Assembly: GCA_963737445.1 (NCBI GenBank)
Contig: CAVTSO010000002.1
Span: 47,474 to 111,473, forward strand
From: an uncultured Actinomycetes bacterium
GTDB taxonomy: Bacteria > Actinomycetota > Thermoleophilia > Gaiellales > JAICJC01
Direction of reading: 5' to 3'
Length of the DNA stretch: 64,000 nt
Shown here: in pieces, positions 42,012 through 51,114 of the stretch
Layout of the letters: every line of letters begins with the position of its first letter
How positions within the stretch are numbered: the stretch's first letter is position 1
Notes under the pieces: model-generated
Told to the model about the DNA's origin: nothing
What the model saw: the letters and a program-made list of their open reading frames with translations, nothing else
Database searches by the model: none
Translations under genes and position numbers: made by a program

Positions 42012-43310
42012 CTAGGTGAACGTCCGGGTGTAGGGCGCACCGGACAGGACCGCCCGCTGCGCCACGCCATCGATGATCGTGTCGAATCGCAGCCGCTCGG
42101 GTGACCAGTCGCGCTCACCGACGCGGAAGCCGCCGTCCGCGAGCGGGGTCATCGGCGCCCGCTCGTCGCTCAGGTGATCACAGCCCCACCACAGCCGCCC
42201 CTCCCGCGCAGCCACCCGGAAGTTGGTCAGCCAGGCGTTGTGCGACCGGTAGTGGCCGAGCAACGGCCGCCACTCGTCGGGGCAGGAGCCGTCGTGCTCC
42301 AGCGGCTCCGACAGCTCCAGGGCGAACGGCTCGGGCTCGCCGCCGCCGGCCAGCGCTAGCGCGGCTCTGGCCATCGCCGTGCCGCCCATGTACCCGCAGG
42401 CCATCGCAACTGCACCGAGCCCGTCGTACGTGGCCACCATCAGCGAGCCGGTGCCGATCATGCCGCCGCCGTGGCCGAAGTCCTTCGGGCCGATCGCGAT
42501 CCCGTAGCCGTAGTGCCCGCGGTCTCCCTCCTGGTCGTCCTCGACGTGGGGCGCCAGCATGGCCGCCCAGCTCTCGGCTGACAACAGCCGTTCTTCGCGG
42601 GTCATCAGCGCCCGCAGGTAGATCGCGAGATCGCCGCCGCTCGAGCAGATGCAGCCGTCGGCCTCGGCGCTGTCGATCCAGGTGGCCGGCACCAGCCCGT
42701 GCTCGGGCCGCCAGGGCCGGTCGTCGAAGGCCGGCACGGTGGCCTGGGCCAGCCGCGGCCGCATCTCCTGCACGATCCAGGGCTCCGACTCCGTCATCTC
42801 CAGCGGCTCCAGGATCCGCTCGCGCACCAGTCGCGGGTAGCGGTGGCCGGAGGCGCGCTCCAGCATCCAGCCGATCACCCGGTAGCCGACGTTCGAGTAC
42901 CAGAAGTGCTCCCCGGGGGCGAACCCGACCTCGGTGTCGGCCAGCGCCACGACGTCGTAGTTGGATCCGGTCGCGATCTCGGCGCCCTGGATCAGCCCGG
43001 ATGAGTGGGTCAGCAGGTGGTGCAGCGTGATCGGCACGTTCGTCCCGCCCACGGCGAACCAGGGCAGCACGTCGGTGACCGGCGCGTGCAGGTCGAGCAG
43101 GCCCTGCTCGGCCAGCTGCAGTGCCACGATTGCGGTGAACGACTTGCCGATCGACCCGAACTGGAACATCGCACCGTGAGGGGCACCGTAGGTGCGCGAG
43201 GCCAGCGTCCGCTCGCCGTCGGTGACCGCCACGGCGATCGATGAGGCGGCACCCGCCGCGAGCACCGTCTCGGCGTATGCGTCCAGCCCGTCTGCGAGCT
43301 CATCCGCCAC
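42012..43310 (-). CDS. serine hydrolase (class-C beta-lactamase / PBP-like family)
   Basis: SxxK (FGSIGKSF) and YxN (YSNVGY) motifs. 432 aa. Confidence 0.8.
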   Translation of the reverse strand: MADELADGLDAYAETVLAAGAASSIAVAVTDGERTLASRTYGAPHGAMFQFGSIGKSFTAIVALQLAEQGLLDLHAPVTDVLPWFAVGGTNVPITLHHLLTHSSGLIQGAEIATGSNYDVVALADTEVGFAPGEHFWYSNVGYRVIGWMLERASGHRYPRLVRERILEPLEMTESEPWIVQEMRPRLAQATVPAFDDRPWRPEHGLVPATWIDSAEADGCICSSGGDLAIYLRALMTREERLLSAESWAAMLAPHVEDDQEGDRGHYGYGIAIGPKDFGHGGGMIGTGSLMVATYDGLGAVAMACGYMGGTAMARAALALAGGGEPEPFALELSEPLEHDGSCPDEWRPLLGHYRSHNAWLTNFRVAAREGRLWWGCDHLSDERAPMTPLADGGFRVGERDWSPERLRFDTIIDGVAQRAVLSGAPYTRTFT

Positions 43311-43336
43311 CGCGCCAGCCTACCGAGTCACGCGAG

Positions 43337-43342
43337 TAGACT
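43337..43342 (+). promoter_or_regulatory. -10-like TAGACT 9 nt upstream of the mqnE ATG
   Basis: TAGACTGCCGCctgcATGGCC. Confidence 0.5.
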
Positions 43343-43351
43343 GCCGCCTGC

Positions 43352-44461
43352 ATGGCCACCGCTGCCCGTCTGGACACGCTCGCTGAGATCCGCGAGAAGG
43401 TGCTCGCCAACGAGCGCCTCGACTTCGACGACGGCGTGACGCTGCTCGAGACGGACGATCTCACCGGCCTCGGCGAGCTGGCCGACACCGCCCGGCGCCT
43501 GCGCGGCGGCACCGACGAGGTGTTCTTCGTCAACAACCTGTACCTGAACTTCACGAACGTGTGTCGCGTGAAGTGCAAGTTCTGCGCGTTCGCGGTCACC
43601 GGCAAGCAGCCGTCCGCCTACACCTGGGAGATCGACAAGCTCGTCGAGCACGCCGTTGAGGTGCATGAGCGCGAGCAGTACAGCGAGATCCACATGGTCG
43701 GCGGCGAGAACCCGCACCTGGAGTACAGCTACTACATCGACCTCACGCGGGAGCTGCACAATGCGTTGCCCGATGTGCACCTGAAGCTCTACACGGCGTC
43801 CGAGATCCACCACATGCACAAGCTGTCGGGGCTGCCGCACGCGCAGGTCCTGGCCGAGCTGCAGGAGGTGGGGCTGGGCTCGCTGCCGGGCGGCGGCGCA
43901 GAGGTGTTCGCCGACCGGGTGCGGCGACTGGTGGCCCCGGGCAAGGAGCACCCCGACAACTGGATCGCGACCCACCGCGCCGCCCACGGCATCGGCATGC
44001 CCACCCACTGCACCATGCTCTACGGCCACGTCGAGAGCTACGAAGAGCGGGTCGACCACTGGATGCGGCTGCGCGACCTGCAGGACGAGACCGGCGGCTT
44101 CCTGGCCTTCGTGCCGCTGCCCTTCCACCCCGAGAACACGGTCTTCCAGCGCCGCGGCTGGCGCTTCTCGACCGGCTATGACGACCTCAAGATGGTGGCC
44201 GCCTCGCGGCTGATGCTGGACAACATCCCCAACATCAAGGCCTACTGGATCATGCTCTCGACGCCGGTGGCGCAGGTCGCACTGCACTACGGCGCCAACG
44301 ACATCCAGGGCACCGTCATGGAGGAGCAGATCGCCCACGCCGCGGGCGCCGTCACGCCCCAGGAGGAGAAGGTGCAGAGCCTGGTGGCGCTGATCCGCGA
44401 CGCCGGCCGGATCCCCGTGCAGCGAGACACGCTGTACAACGTGGTGCGCACCTTTGCTTAG
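43352..44461 (+). CDS. mqnE: radical-SAM aminofutalosine synthase
   Basis: NFTNVCRVKCKFCAF cluster and HMVGGENPHLEYSYYIDL...VHLKLYTASEI, the pattern I associate with MqnE rather than MqnC. Confidence 0.7.
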   Translation: MATAARLDTLAEIREKVLANERLDFDDGVTLLETDDLTGLGELADTARRLRGGTDEVFFVNNLYLNFTNVCRVKCKFCAFAVTGKQPSAYTWEIDKLVEHAVEVHEREQYSEIHMVGGENPHLEYSYYIDLTRELHNALPDVHLKLYTASEIHHMHKLSGLPHAQVLAELQEVGLGSLPGGGAEVFADRVRRLVAPGKEHPDNWIATHRAAHGIGMPTHCTMLYGHVESYEERVDHWMRLRDLQDETGGFLAFVPLPFHPENTVFQRRGWRFSTGYDDLKMVAASRLMLDNIPNIKAYWIMLSTPVAQVALHYGANDIQGTVMEEQIAHAAGAVTPQEEKVQSLVALIRDAGRIPVQRDTLYNVVRTFA

Positions 44462-45221
44462 GCTGGGGCGGATCAGTTACGCCAACATGGCGCCGGTGTT
44501 CTATGAGCTGGACGGCGAGGGCCTGGAGCAGGTCAGCGGCGTGCCCACCACGCTGAACCGGATGCTGATGGCGGGTGAGATCGACGTGGCGCCGATCAGC
44601 TCGATCGAGTATGCGCGACACGCCGACAAGCTGCGGCTGCTTCCGCGCCTCTGCGTGTCCACCGAGGGTGCCGTCGACTCGATTCAGCTGATCACGCGAA
44701 AGCCGATCGAGCAGGTGCGCTCGGTCGCGGTCACGCCCGAGAGCGCGACCTCGGTGGTGCTGACGCGGGTGCTCCTGGGCGAGGTGGAGCTGGTGCCGCT
44801 CGACCAGCCGGCCGACGCCCGCATGCTGATCGGCGACGCCGCGCTGCAGAGCGCCTTCGACGATCCCACGCCGCACTACGACCTGGGCCGCCTCTGGCAG
44901 GAGCGCACCGGGCTGCCGATGGTGTACGCCGTCTGGGCCTGCCGGCAGGGCGTCGAAGACGGCCTCGACGAGCTTGAGCGGGCGCACCTGCGTGCGCTGG
45001 CCGTGTCCCGCTCCGAGCCGGAGGCACTGGCGCGCAGGGCGTCTGCCGAGTACGGCTGGCCGGCCGGCTTCCTGGCACGCTACTTCGAGAAGCTGCGCTA
45101 CCACTTCGGCCCGCGTGAACGGCAGGGGCTGGTGCGGTTCTTCGAGCTGGCGCACCTGGCCGGCGAGCTGGAGACGGTGCCGGAGCTGCACTTCGTGCAG
45201 GGCGTCCGTACCGAGGCCTAG
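44454..45221 (+). CDS. mqnA: chorismate dehydratase (futalosine pathway)
   Basis: LRLGRISYANMAPVFYEL N-terminus and a periplasmic-binding-protein-like fold pattern of the MqnA/MqnD family. TTG start overlaps mqnE. Confidence 0.7.
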   Translation: MLRLGRISYANMAPVFYELDGEGLEQVSGVPTTLNRMLMAGEIDVAPISSIEYARHADKLRLLPRLCVSTEGAVDSIQLITRKPIEQVRSVAVTPESATSVVLTRVLLGEVELVPLDQPADARMLIGDAALQSAFDDPTPHYDLGRLWQERTGLPMVYAVWACRQGVEDGLDELERAHLRALAVSRSEPEALARRASAEYGWPAGFLARYFEKLRYHFGPRERQGLVRFFELAHLAGELETVPELHFVQGVRTEA

Positions 45222-47224
45222 GTTGTCTGATCGGGCGCGAACGGCAGCACCAGCGGCTGCCAGGTGTCCAGGGGCCGCCCGGCCGTGGCATCGATCGCAC
45301 GGAGCGTGATGCTGCGGTCGGCCGCACCCGGCGGGTCGATCTCGATCAGCCCGGCGCCGGAGACGTTCAGCTTGTAGCGCAACCGATCGACGTTCGGGTC
45401 GCCCGGGGCCGCGCCCGACCACAGCTCGCAGCGGATGCCCGCGCAGGTGAACTCGGTGATCCGCATGCCGGCCGCCTCGGGTCGGCCCTCCGGGTCGGGG
45501 TGCTGATCGATCCGCAGCGAGTGGCAGTCGCCGCTCACGATCAGCACGCGCTTGCCGCGCAGCTGGGCGTCCATGAACGCGCTCAGCACGCGGCGGTACT
45601 CGTGCGGCCAGCTGTAGATGTAGTTGTCGCGCTGGACGCGGCCGTTGCGGGGATTGACGCGGGTGCCGAACGTGTCGCCGCTGAAGACGACGAACATCGA
45701 GGCGTCGCTCGTGCGCAGGATCTGCTCCATCCAGGTCCGCTGCTCGATGCCCAGCTTCGTCTTGCCGGGAATGTTCGGGCTCGCGGCCGGGTCGCAGTAG
45801 CGGCGGCCGTCCAGCGTCAGGCAGTGCACGTCCCCGGCGCGGACGTCGAAGTAGCCGCGGCGCTCGGAGTCGGCCGAGATCTGGTTCCACAGCTGCCACG
45901 TCCAGGGCAGCAGCGTCGTTCGGTCGGCGTTGTTGTCGGGGCCGTACTCGTGGTCGTCCATGATGAACCCGACCGGGACGCGCTGCCGCAGAGCGACGAA
46001 CCCGGGGTCGGCCAGGAACCGCTGGAAGCGGTCGGCGAAGAACTCGGGGGAGCGGCTGTAGCTGGCGTCGTTGAAGTTGCCGGCGTAGCCGAAGTCGCCC
46101 TCGAAGACGATCGCGGCCGGCGTCCTTGTGGCCGCCTCCAGCAGCCGCTCGTAGCCCTGGTTGCGCGCAGGGCCGATCAGTTTGTAGCAGCTCGCGCCGA
46201 GCAGCGTGAGGCCGTCGCCGTGCCCGGTCAGCGGGACGTCGTGCAGAGGGGTGACTGTCTCCGCCGCACCCGTCAGCGATCGCAGGCGCACCCGCCAGCG
46301 GACGTCGCCATCCGCCCGGATCTGGTGGACCGCGGTCAGCGGGAACCCGTCGACGACCTGTTCGGGGCTGTGGTCGAACCCACCGCCGGCCACCGACCAC
46401 TCGAACCTGATGCGGGCCGGGTAGGCGCTCCACACGCGCATGCGCACGTCGTGGCCGCCGTCCAGGCGCGGACTGGGGATGCCCGAGATCAGCACCGGCG
46501 CGACCGGGCTGGTCGGCTGGGGCTGCGCGTCGGTGGCGACGGTGTGGCTGTGCACCTGCAGCCGGCATGGCCGGAGGCTGAGCGGGTGCACGGCGAGGAC
46601 GCCGGGGTTCCCGACCGCGGCCGTCACCGGCCCCGAGACCTGCCAGTCGGCCTCCAAGCCGTCTCCCCGCCAGGCTCTCGCCCAGACGCGACCGCCCTGG
46701 TAGCGGACGTCCAGCACGTGGCGCGTGCCGGCCGTCACCGGGTCGGTGTCTCCGCTGGCAACGGTGCGACGCCCGTCGAAGGCGTACTCCGCGATCACCA
46801 GCCGGCCGCCCTCGATGGTCACCCCTGCGAACGCATGGGGGCCGGTGGACCGCAGCAGCAGCCCCGGCCGCAGGCTGGCGTCCGTGACGGCGAACTCGAG
46901 CCGCTGGGCCCCGTCCGCGTGCAGCGCGTCCAGCAGCTGCACCGGCATCGGCTGGTCCGCGGCGGTGGTGTGCACGCCCGCGGGCACCGTGAGCACCGCC
47001 GGGCCGGCGTCGACCATCAGCGGCCCCTGGAGAGGAACCCACTGCGGCCCCCATCCGTCCGGGCCGCTGAACGAGCTGCGGATGCGAAACCGGCTCGGCG
47101 CCGGCCCCGGAGGCGGAGACACCGCGTTCCCGCCGCCGCCGAGCAGCTGTCTGGCGGTGACCCCGGCCGCGGCGGCGCCGGCCAGCGCCAGCAGGCCGGC
47201 GCGCGTGTAGCGCCGCCCGGTCAT
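45218..47224 (-). CDS. Tat-exported PhoD-like metallophosphatase with a large N-terminal beta-rich region
   Basis: Start MTGRRYTRAGLLALAGAAAAG (ATG 47224) inside ORF 45218..47593. FIMDDHEYGPDNN and VSGDCH motifs. Confidence 0.7.
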   Translation of the reverse strand: MTGRRYTRAGLLALAGAAAAGVTARQLLGGGGNAVSPPPGPAPSRFRIRSSFSGPDGWGPQWVPLQGPLMVDAGPAVLTVPAGVHTTAADQPMPVQLLDALHADGAQRLEFAVTDASLRPGLLLRSTGPHAFAGVTIEGGRLVIAEYAFDGRRTVASGDTDPVTAGTRHVLDVRYQGGRVWARAWRGDGLEADWQVSGPVTAAVGNPGVLAVHPLSLRPCRLQVHSHTVATDAQPQPTSPVAPVLISGIPSPRLDGGHDVRMRVWSAYPARIRFEWSVAGGGFDHSPEQVVDGFPLTAVHQIRADGDVRWRVRLRSLTGAAETVTPLHDVPLTGHGDGLTLLGASCYKLIGPARNQGYERLLEAATRTPAAIVFEGDFGYAGNFNDASYSRSPEFFADRFQRFLADPGFVALRQRVPVGFIMDDHEYGPDNNADRTTLLPWTWQLWNQISADSERRGYFDVRAGDVHCLTLDGRRYCDPAASPNIPGKTKLGIEQRTWMEQILRTSDASMFVVFSGDTFGTRVNPRNGRVQRDNYIYSWPHEYRRVLSAFMDAQLRGKRVLIVSGDCHSLRIDQHPDPEGRPEAAGMRITEFTCAGIRCELWSGAAPGDPNVDRLRYKLNVSGAGLIEIDPPGAADRSITLRAIDATAGRPLDTWQPLVLPFAPDQTT

Positions 47225-49200
47225 CGCAACGGCTCGCTCGTGCAGCGGTACCCGGGGACGTCGTCGGGGCGCGGTGCACCGGCCCCGGCCCCGCCCACCG
47301 CGAACACGGAGACAGGCCCGACCTGCGCACGCAGGCTCAGCTCGGGTAGCCGCATCAGCCGCTTCGCCTGATCGGGCCGGGCTATGACGTAGTCGATCGA
47401 CCACCGGCGCAGCAGGTCGGCGTTGGCGGCCGGATCGGCGTAGAAGCGCCGCGCGCGGGCCTCGATGTCGAGCGCCTGGGCGAGCAGAGCCGGCCGCAAA
47501 AACACCATCAGGCCCTCCTGCATGCTGGCACGGCCGGTCAGCGCCTGGAACGACCCGCGCGTCCTCGTGGGCGTCAGCAGCCGGGTGTTGCATGGTGTGG
47601 CGACACGCGCCGCCTCGATCATGGCCGAAGACGCGGGCCCGCCGTGCACGCCCGCGGTCAGCCCGTTCCAGCCGATGCCGGCCACCACCAGCACGGGCAG
47701 CACAGCTGCGCAGACAGCGGGCAGCCGCGGGCGCAGCTGCCTGGTACGGCCGAACAGGGCGTTCACGCCGGCCGCACCGAGCACCAGCAGCGGCAGGCCT
47801 GCGTACTCGAACACGCGCCGGTCTCCGAACGTCGCCGGCACGTAGTAGGCATACCGGGCAGAGAACAGCAGCTCGATCGCGTACAGCGACGCCAGCGCGA
47901 ACAGCGCGGCCGCCACGGCCAGCCGCTCCGGCCGGCCGCCGAGCAGCACGGCCGCCACGCCCAGCAGCCCCAGTGCCAGCAGGGGCAGCACCAGCGTGCG
48001 GCCGTGTGCCGGCAGCGCGGTGGCCGCCGAGTAGAGGTTGCGCGCGGCCGTCAGCGGTGGGGTGTAGAAGCGACGACGGGACTTCGGGATCGGCGTCTGC
48101 TTGAGACCGAGCAGCGCCGCGGTGGGGTCGTAGCGCCCGTTGACGGCCCGGTAGGGCGTGCCCGACGCGCCCTGGAACCCGAGGTCACCGCCTGCCAGCA
48201 CGAGCGCCATCGCCGCGACCGCCAGCCCGCCCGCCGCCGTGGCGACGCTCCAGCGGGCGATCGTTCGCCAGCGGCCGCTGCGGACGGCCGCGGCCAGGGC
48301 GTAGCCAACCATCAGCGGGGCGATCCCGATCACCGCCACGAGGTGCGTCAACGCCGCCGCGCCGATCAGCGCGCCCGTCGCGACGGCTCTGGGCAGGCCG
48401 GTGCCGGCGTCGCCGCGCAGCAGCGGCAGGGCCAGCACCAGCGCCGCCAGCATGCACATGCGGCCGCTGTCCTCGGTCTGGAAGAAGGTCAGCTTGTGAA
48501 CGATGTCCGCATCGAGCACGAGGCCCCCCGGCCACGCGTGGTCAGTCAGCGCCAGCAGCGGCAGGGCGGCGGCGCACCAGCGCAGGCCCAGCTCCCAGCC
48601 CAGCGCGAACATGCCGGCGGCGAACCCCACCGCCGAGATCCAGAGCGCCGCCGCCATGGCCGAGAACGGGTGGTCGCGGAGCACGAACGAGAGGCCGGCG
48701 TCGAAGGAATTCGCGCCCAGCTTGCTGATCGCGGGGGCGTGCAGCGCTCCCCACTGCAGCACCGTCGACGGGACGCGGCCGGCGTCGGCGAACTCGAGCC
48801 CGTCGCTCCAGTACCTCCAGCCGCCGGCGGAGGCGTCGACCGGGATCCGGAGCCGCGCGATGGCGATGGCGATCACCGCCAGCAGCCCGAAGGCGACCAC
48901 GGGCCAGCCCGCCCGGGCCTCGTCCCGCAGGCCTCTCAGCAGCTCGTGGGGCGGCGTTCGCCGCAGCGTCCACGCCAGGAGCAGGCAGCTCACCGTCGCC
49001 AGCAGCAGCGCCAGCGACCACGGCCGCAGCAGGTGCACGAGCGCCAATACGGTCGCCGGCCACAGCACCATCGCGTACCCGAGCCCGAACACCGCCGCCA
49101 GGCGGGCCGGGATCGAGCTGTGATCGGCCGGCAGCGCCGCCAGCGTGGCGATCGCACCGCACGCGAGGATGACGAGGACGGTCGCGGCGGCGAGGATCAC
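47221..49200 (-). CDS. very large polytopic membrane protein (possible GT-C-type glycosyltransferase)
   Basis: 659-aa ORF with more than 12 hydrophobic spans and a soluble C-terminal domain. ATGA overlap with the PhoD-like gene. No firm family assignment. Confidence 0.5.
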   Translation of the reverse strand: MILAAATVLVILACGAIATLAALPADHSSIPARLAAVFGLGYAMVLWPATVLALVHLLRPWSLALLLATVSCLLLAWTLRRTPPHELLRGLRDEARAGWPVVAFGLLAVIAIAIARLRIPVDASAGGWRYWSDGLEFADAGRVPSTVLQWGALHAPAISKLGANSFDAGLSFVLRDHPFSAMAAALWISAVGFAAGMFALGWELGLRWCAAALPLLALTDHAWPGGLVLDADIVHKLTFFQTEDSGRMCMLAALVLALPLLRGDAGTGLPRAVATGALIGAAALTHLVAVIGIAPLMVGYALAAAVRSGRWRTIARWSVATAAGGLAVAAMALVLAGGDLGFQGASGTPYRAVNGRYDPTAALLGLKQTPIPKSRRRFYTPPLTAARNLYSAATALPAHGRTLVLPLLALGLLGVAAVLLGGRPERLAVAAALFALASLYAIELLFSARYAYYVPATFGDRRVFEYAGLPLLVLGAAGVNALFGRTRQLRPRLPAVCAAVLPVLVVAGIGWNGLTAGVHGGPASSAMIEAARVATPCNTRLLTPTRTRGSFQALTGRASMQEGLMVFLRPALLAQALDIEARARRFYADPAANADLLRRWSIDYVIARPDQAKRLMRLPELSLRAQVGPVSVFAVGGAGAGAPRPDDVPGYRCTSEPLR

Positions 49201-49236
49201 CCACGGGAGGGTACCGGCCGGGTGCTGCCGAAGATG

Positions 49237-51064
49237 TCACGGCGGACCGGTGCGCGTCAGGTCCCACCGCCGGTCGCCGAACGAGCACGAGGCGACCAGC
49301 GTGCCGGTTCCGGCAGGGATGACGCCGGGCTTGGCGAGCACGACGTCGACGCCGGCCGGCGGCGGCCCGCCGGCCAGTGTCGCCGCGACCACCTCTCGCC
49401 GGGCGGCCAGATCGGGGATCCGATCGTGCAGCCAGCTGCGGAACCGCACGTTGGCCGACGCCGTGCGCAGGTAGTAGAACCGGGCGCCGCTGCGGGCGAA
49501 CAGCCGCAGGCTGAGCATGTCCGCTGCGGGCTCGGGCGCCACCACGGCCACGCGCGTGTCCGCGTCGATCGGCAGCGAGCCGCAGTCCAGCAGCGGCGAG
49601 ACCGGGTCGCGCCAGATGCTGGCGGAGGCGAGCACCGTCGATCCCAGCGCCAGGCAGGCCAGCAGGGCGGCCGCCGCCAGAGCGGCTGCCGGCCGGCGCC
49701 GGTCCGCGGCCGTGACCAGCGCATTCGCGCCCACCCCGGCCGGGACGCAGAGCGCGAGCACCAGGAACGGCATGTATCGCGGCCAGCCCACGAGCGCGGC
49801 CGGGATGCCGCCCGTGTCGACCTGCGACGCCAGCAACCCCGCGACGACAGCCAGCCCCGGCACTGCCACAAGGGCCAGCGAACGAGACAGCGCCGGGCGC
49901 TGCTCTCGGGACAGCACGGCCATGCCCGCGATCGCCAGCGGCAGCGTCAGGCCCACGGCGGCGAGCGACTGGCCGGCGCTGGGCGTGCCCGCATCGAGCT
50001 CCGTGGTCTGCACGAAGCCGTGGTAGCGGAGGTAGGCGAGCCCGAGTGGAACCAGCCACGGCGCAACCACGGCCGCTCCCGCCGGCGCCGTCCGCCAGGC
50101 TTCGCGGCGGCGCTCCATCACCGCGAGCACCGCGGCCCAGGCGGCGCACAGCAGTCCGGCCGGCGGGGCGATCAGGAACACCAGGCCGCCGGCGGCACCG
50201 ACGGCCCACCACAGTGCCGCCCGGCCAGAGATCGCCCGCAGCGCCAGCCACAGCACGATCGGCACGAGCGCCAGCCCCAGGTCGCGCGGGATCATCGGCG
50301 GCAGGAACGCCGTCGCCGGGCGTCAGGGCCGGCACCGGACTGCCGTGGAAGGGCCCGGCGTCGATCGTCGCCATGTGGAACCGGTAGGTGTGGGCGTCGG
50401 CGGTCCACCCCAGGGAGGCCGCCGCCAGGAACAGGCCGACGCTCCACGTGGCGGCCCGCCGGCGGTCGCAGATCTCCATCGCCAGCAGCCAGATGCCGGT
50501 GCCCGCACAGACCAGGCCGAATCCCTGCATCGCCCACACCGCGCTCTCCGCCCCGCCCGGCAGCGCTCCCGCGATCCACGCCACCAGCGCGTGGAACAGC
50601 CACGGGTAGCCGTTCGGCTCGCCTGCGTAGACCCCGCCCGGGGTGGCTGCCCCGTCATCGAGCTGGTGGATCCAGCCCAGATGCCAGAGCAAGTCGCCGC
50701 GCGAGGGCTGCAGCGCGTCCAGCGACAGCACCAGCTGCGGGGCGCTCAGTACCAGCCCGGCCACGCAGCCCGTGACGAGCGGAGCGACCGCCGGCCGCGG
50801 CGCGCGCAGCGGCGGGCGCACCGCCAGGCAGACGGCAGCGGCCGCCAGCGCCAGACCGGCCGTCGCCAGGGTGCTGCTCAGCAGGCCGAGGCCGAGGGCA
50901 CCTGCCACCATCGCCGTCCAGGCCAGGCCGCAGGCCGCCAGCGCCCCGACCGCGAACCGCTCGGTCGCTGGCCGGTCGCGGGCCAGCGCGCTGCCGGCCA
51001 CCCAGACCCAGGCCAGGAGGGCCAGCAGCATGATCGCTCCGGCGGCGTCGGCGGACATCAGCAC
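49237..51064 (-). pseudogene. very large polytopic membrane protein split by one apparent 1-nt insertion near 50318-50320 (or a sequencing indel)
   Basis: The N-terminal about 250 aa of ORF 48542..51064 are membrane-like up to ...FHGSPVPALTP and then turn to junk. ORF 49237..50295 continues as a membrane protein. Reading upstream in its frame gives TAFLPPMIPRDLGL, contiguous with the N-terminal part. Confidence 0.55.
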
Positions 51065-51101
51065 GCGAGGCTACCGACCTCACCGGCCGCGGGGTTTCAA
51101 C

Positions 51102-51107
51102 TAGCAT
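51102..51107 (+). promoter_or_regulatory. -10-like TAGCAT 7 nt upstream of the mqnC GTG
   Basis: TAGCATccgcctgGTG. Confidence 0.45.
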
Positions 51108-51114
51108 CCGCCTG

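Larger units (their letters stand above)
41828..42015. mobile_element. 188-bp element flanked by terminal inverted repeats (MITE-like), filling a convergent intergenic region
   Basis: 22-nt terminal inverted repeats CTAGACGATTGATCGATATCTC (41828-41849) and GAGATATCGATCAACCATCTAG (41994-42015), 20/22 complementary. CTAG at both ends. Two perfect internal hairpins. Confidence 0.35.

Noticed and set aside
42012-43310. Beta-lactamase-family gene as an antibiotic-resistance determinant.
   Set aside because: Only the generic SxxK/YxN serine-hydrolase motifs are visible. This large family is mostly esterases and peptidases, and there is no mobile context apart from the adjacent repeat.
45217-45222. 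CCTAGG shared by the stops of mqnA and the PhoD-like gene, and the identical 10-mer CTAGGTTGTC at 631-640 and 45218-45227.
   Set aside because: The palindromic CTAG gives a TAG on both strands by construction. The 10-mer identity reflects both minus-strand genes ending in ACA ACC TAG, and two copies are insufficient to call a motif.
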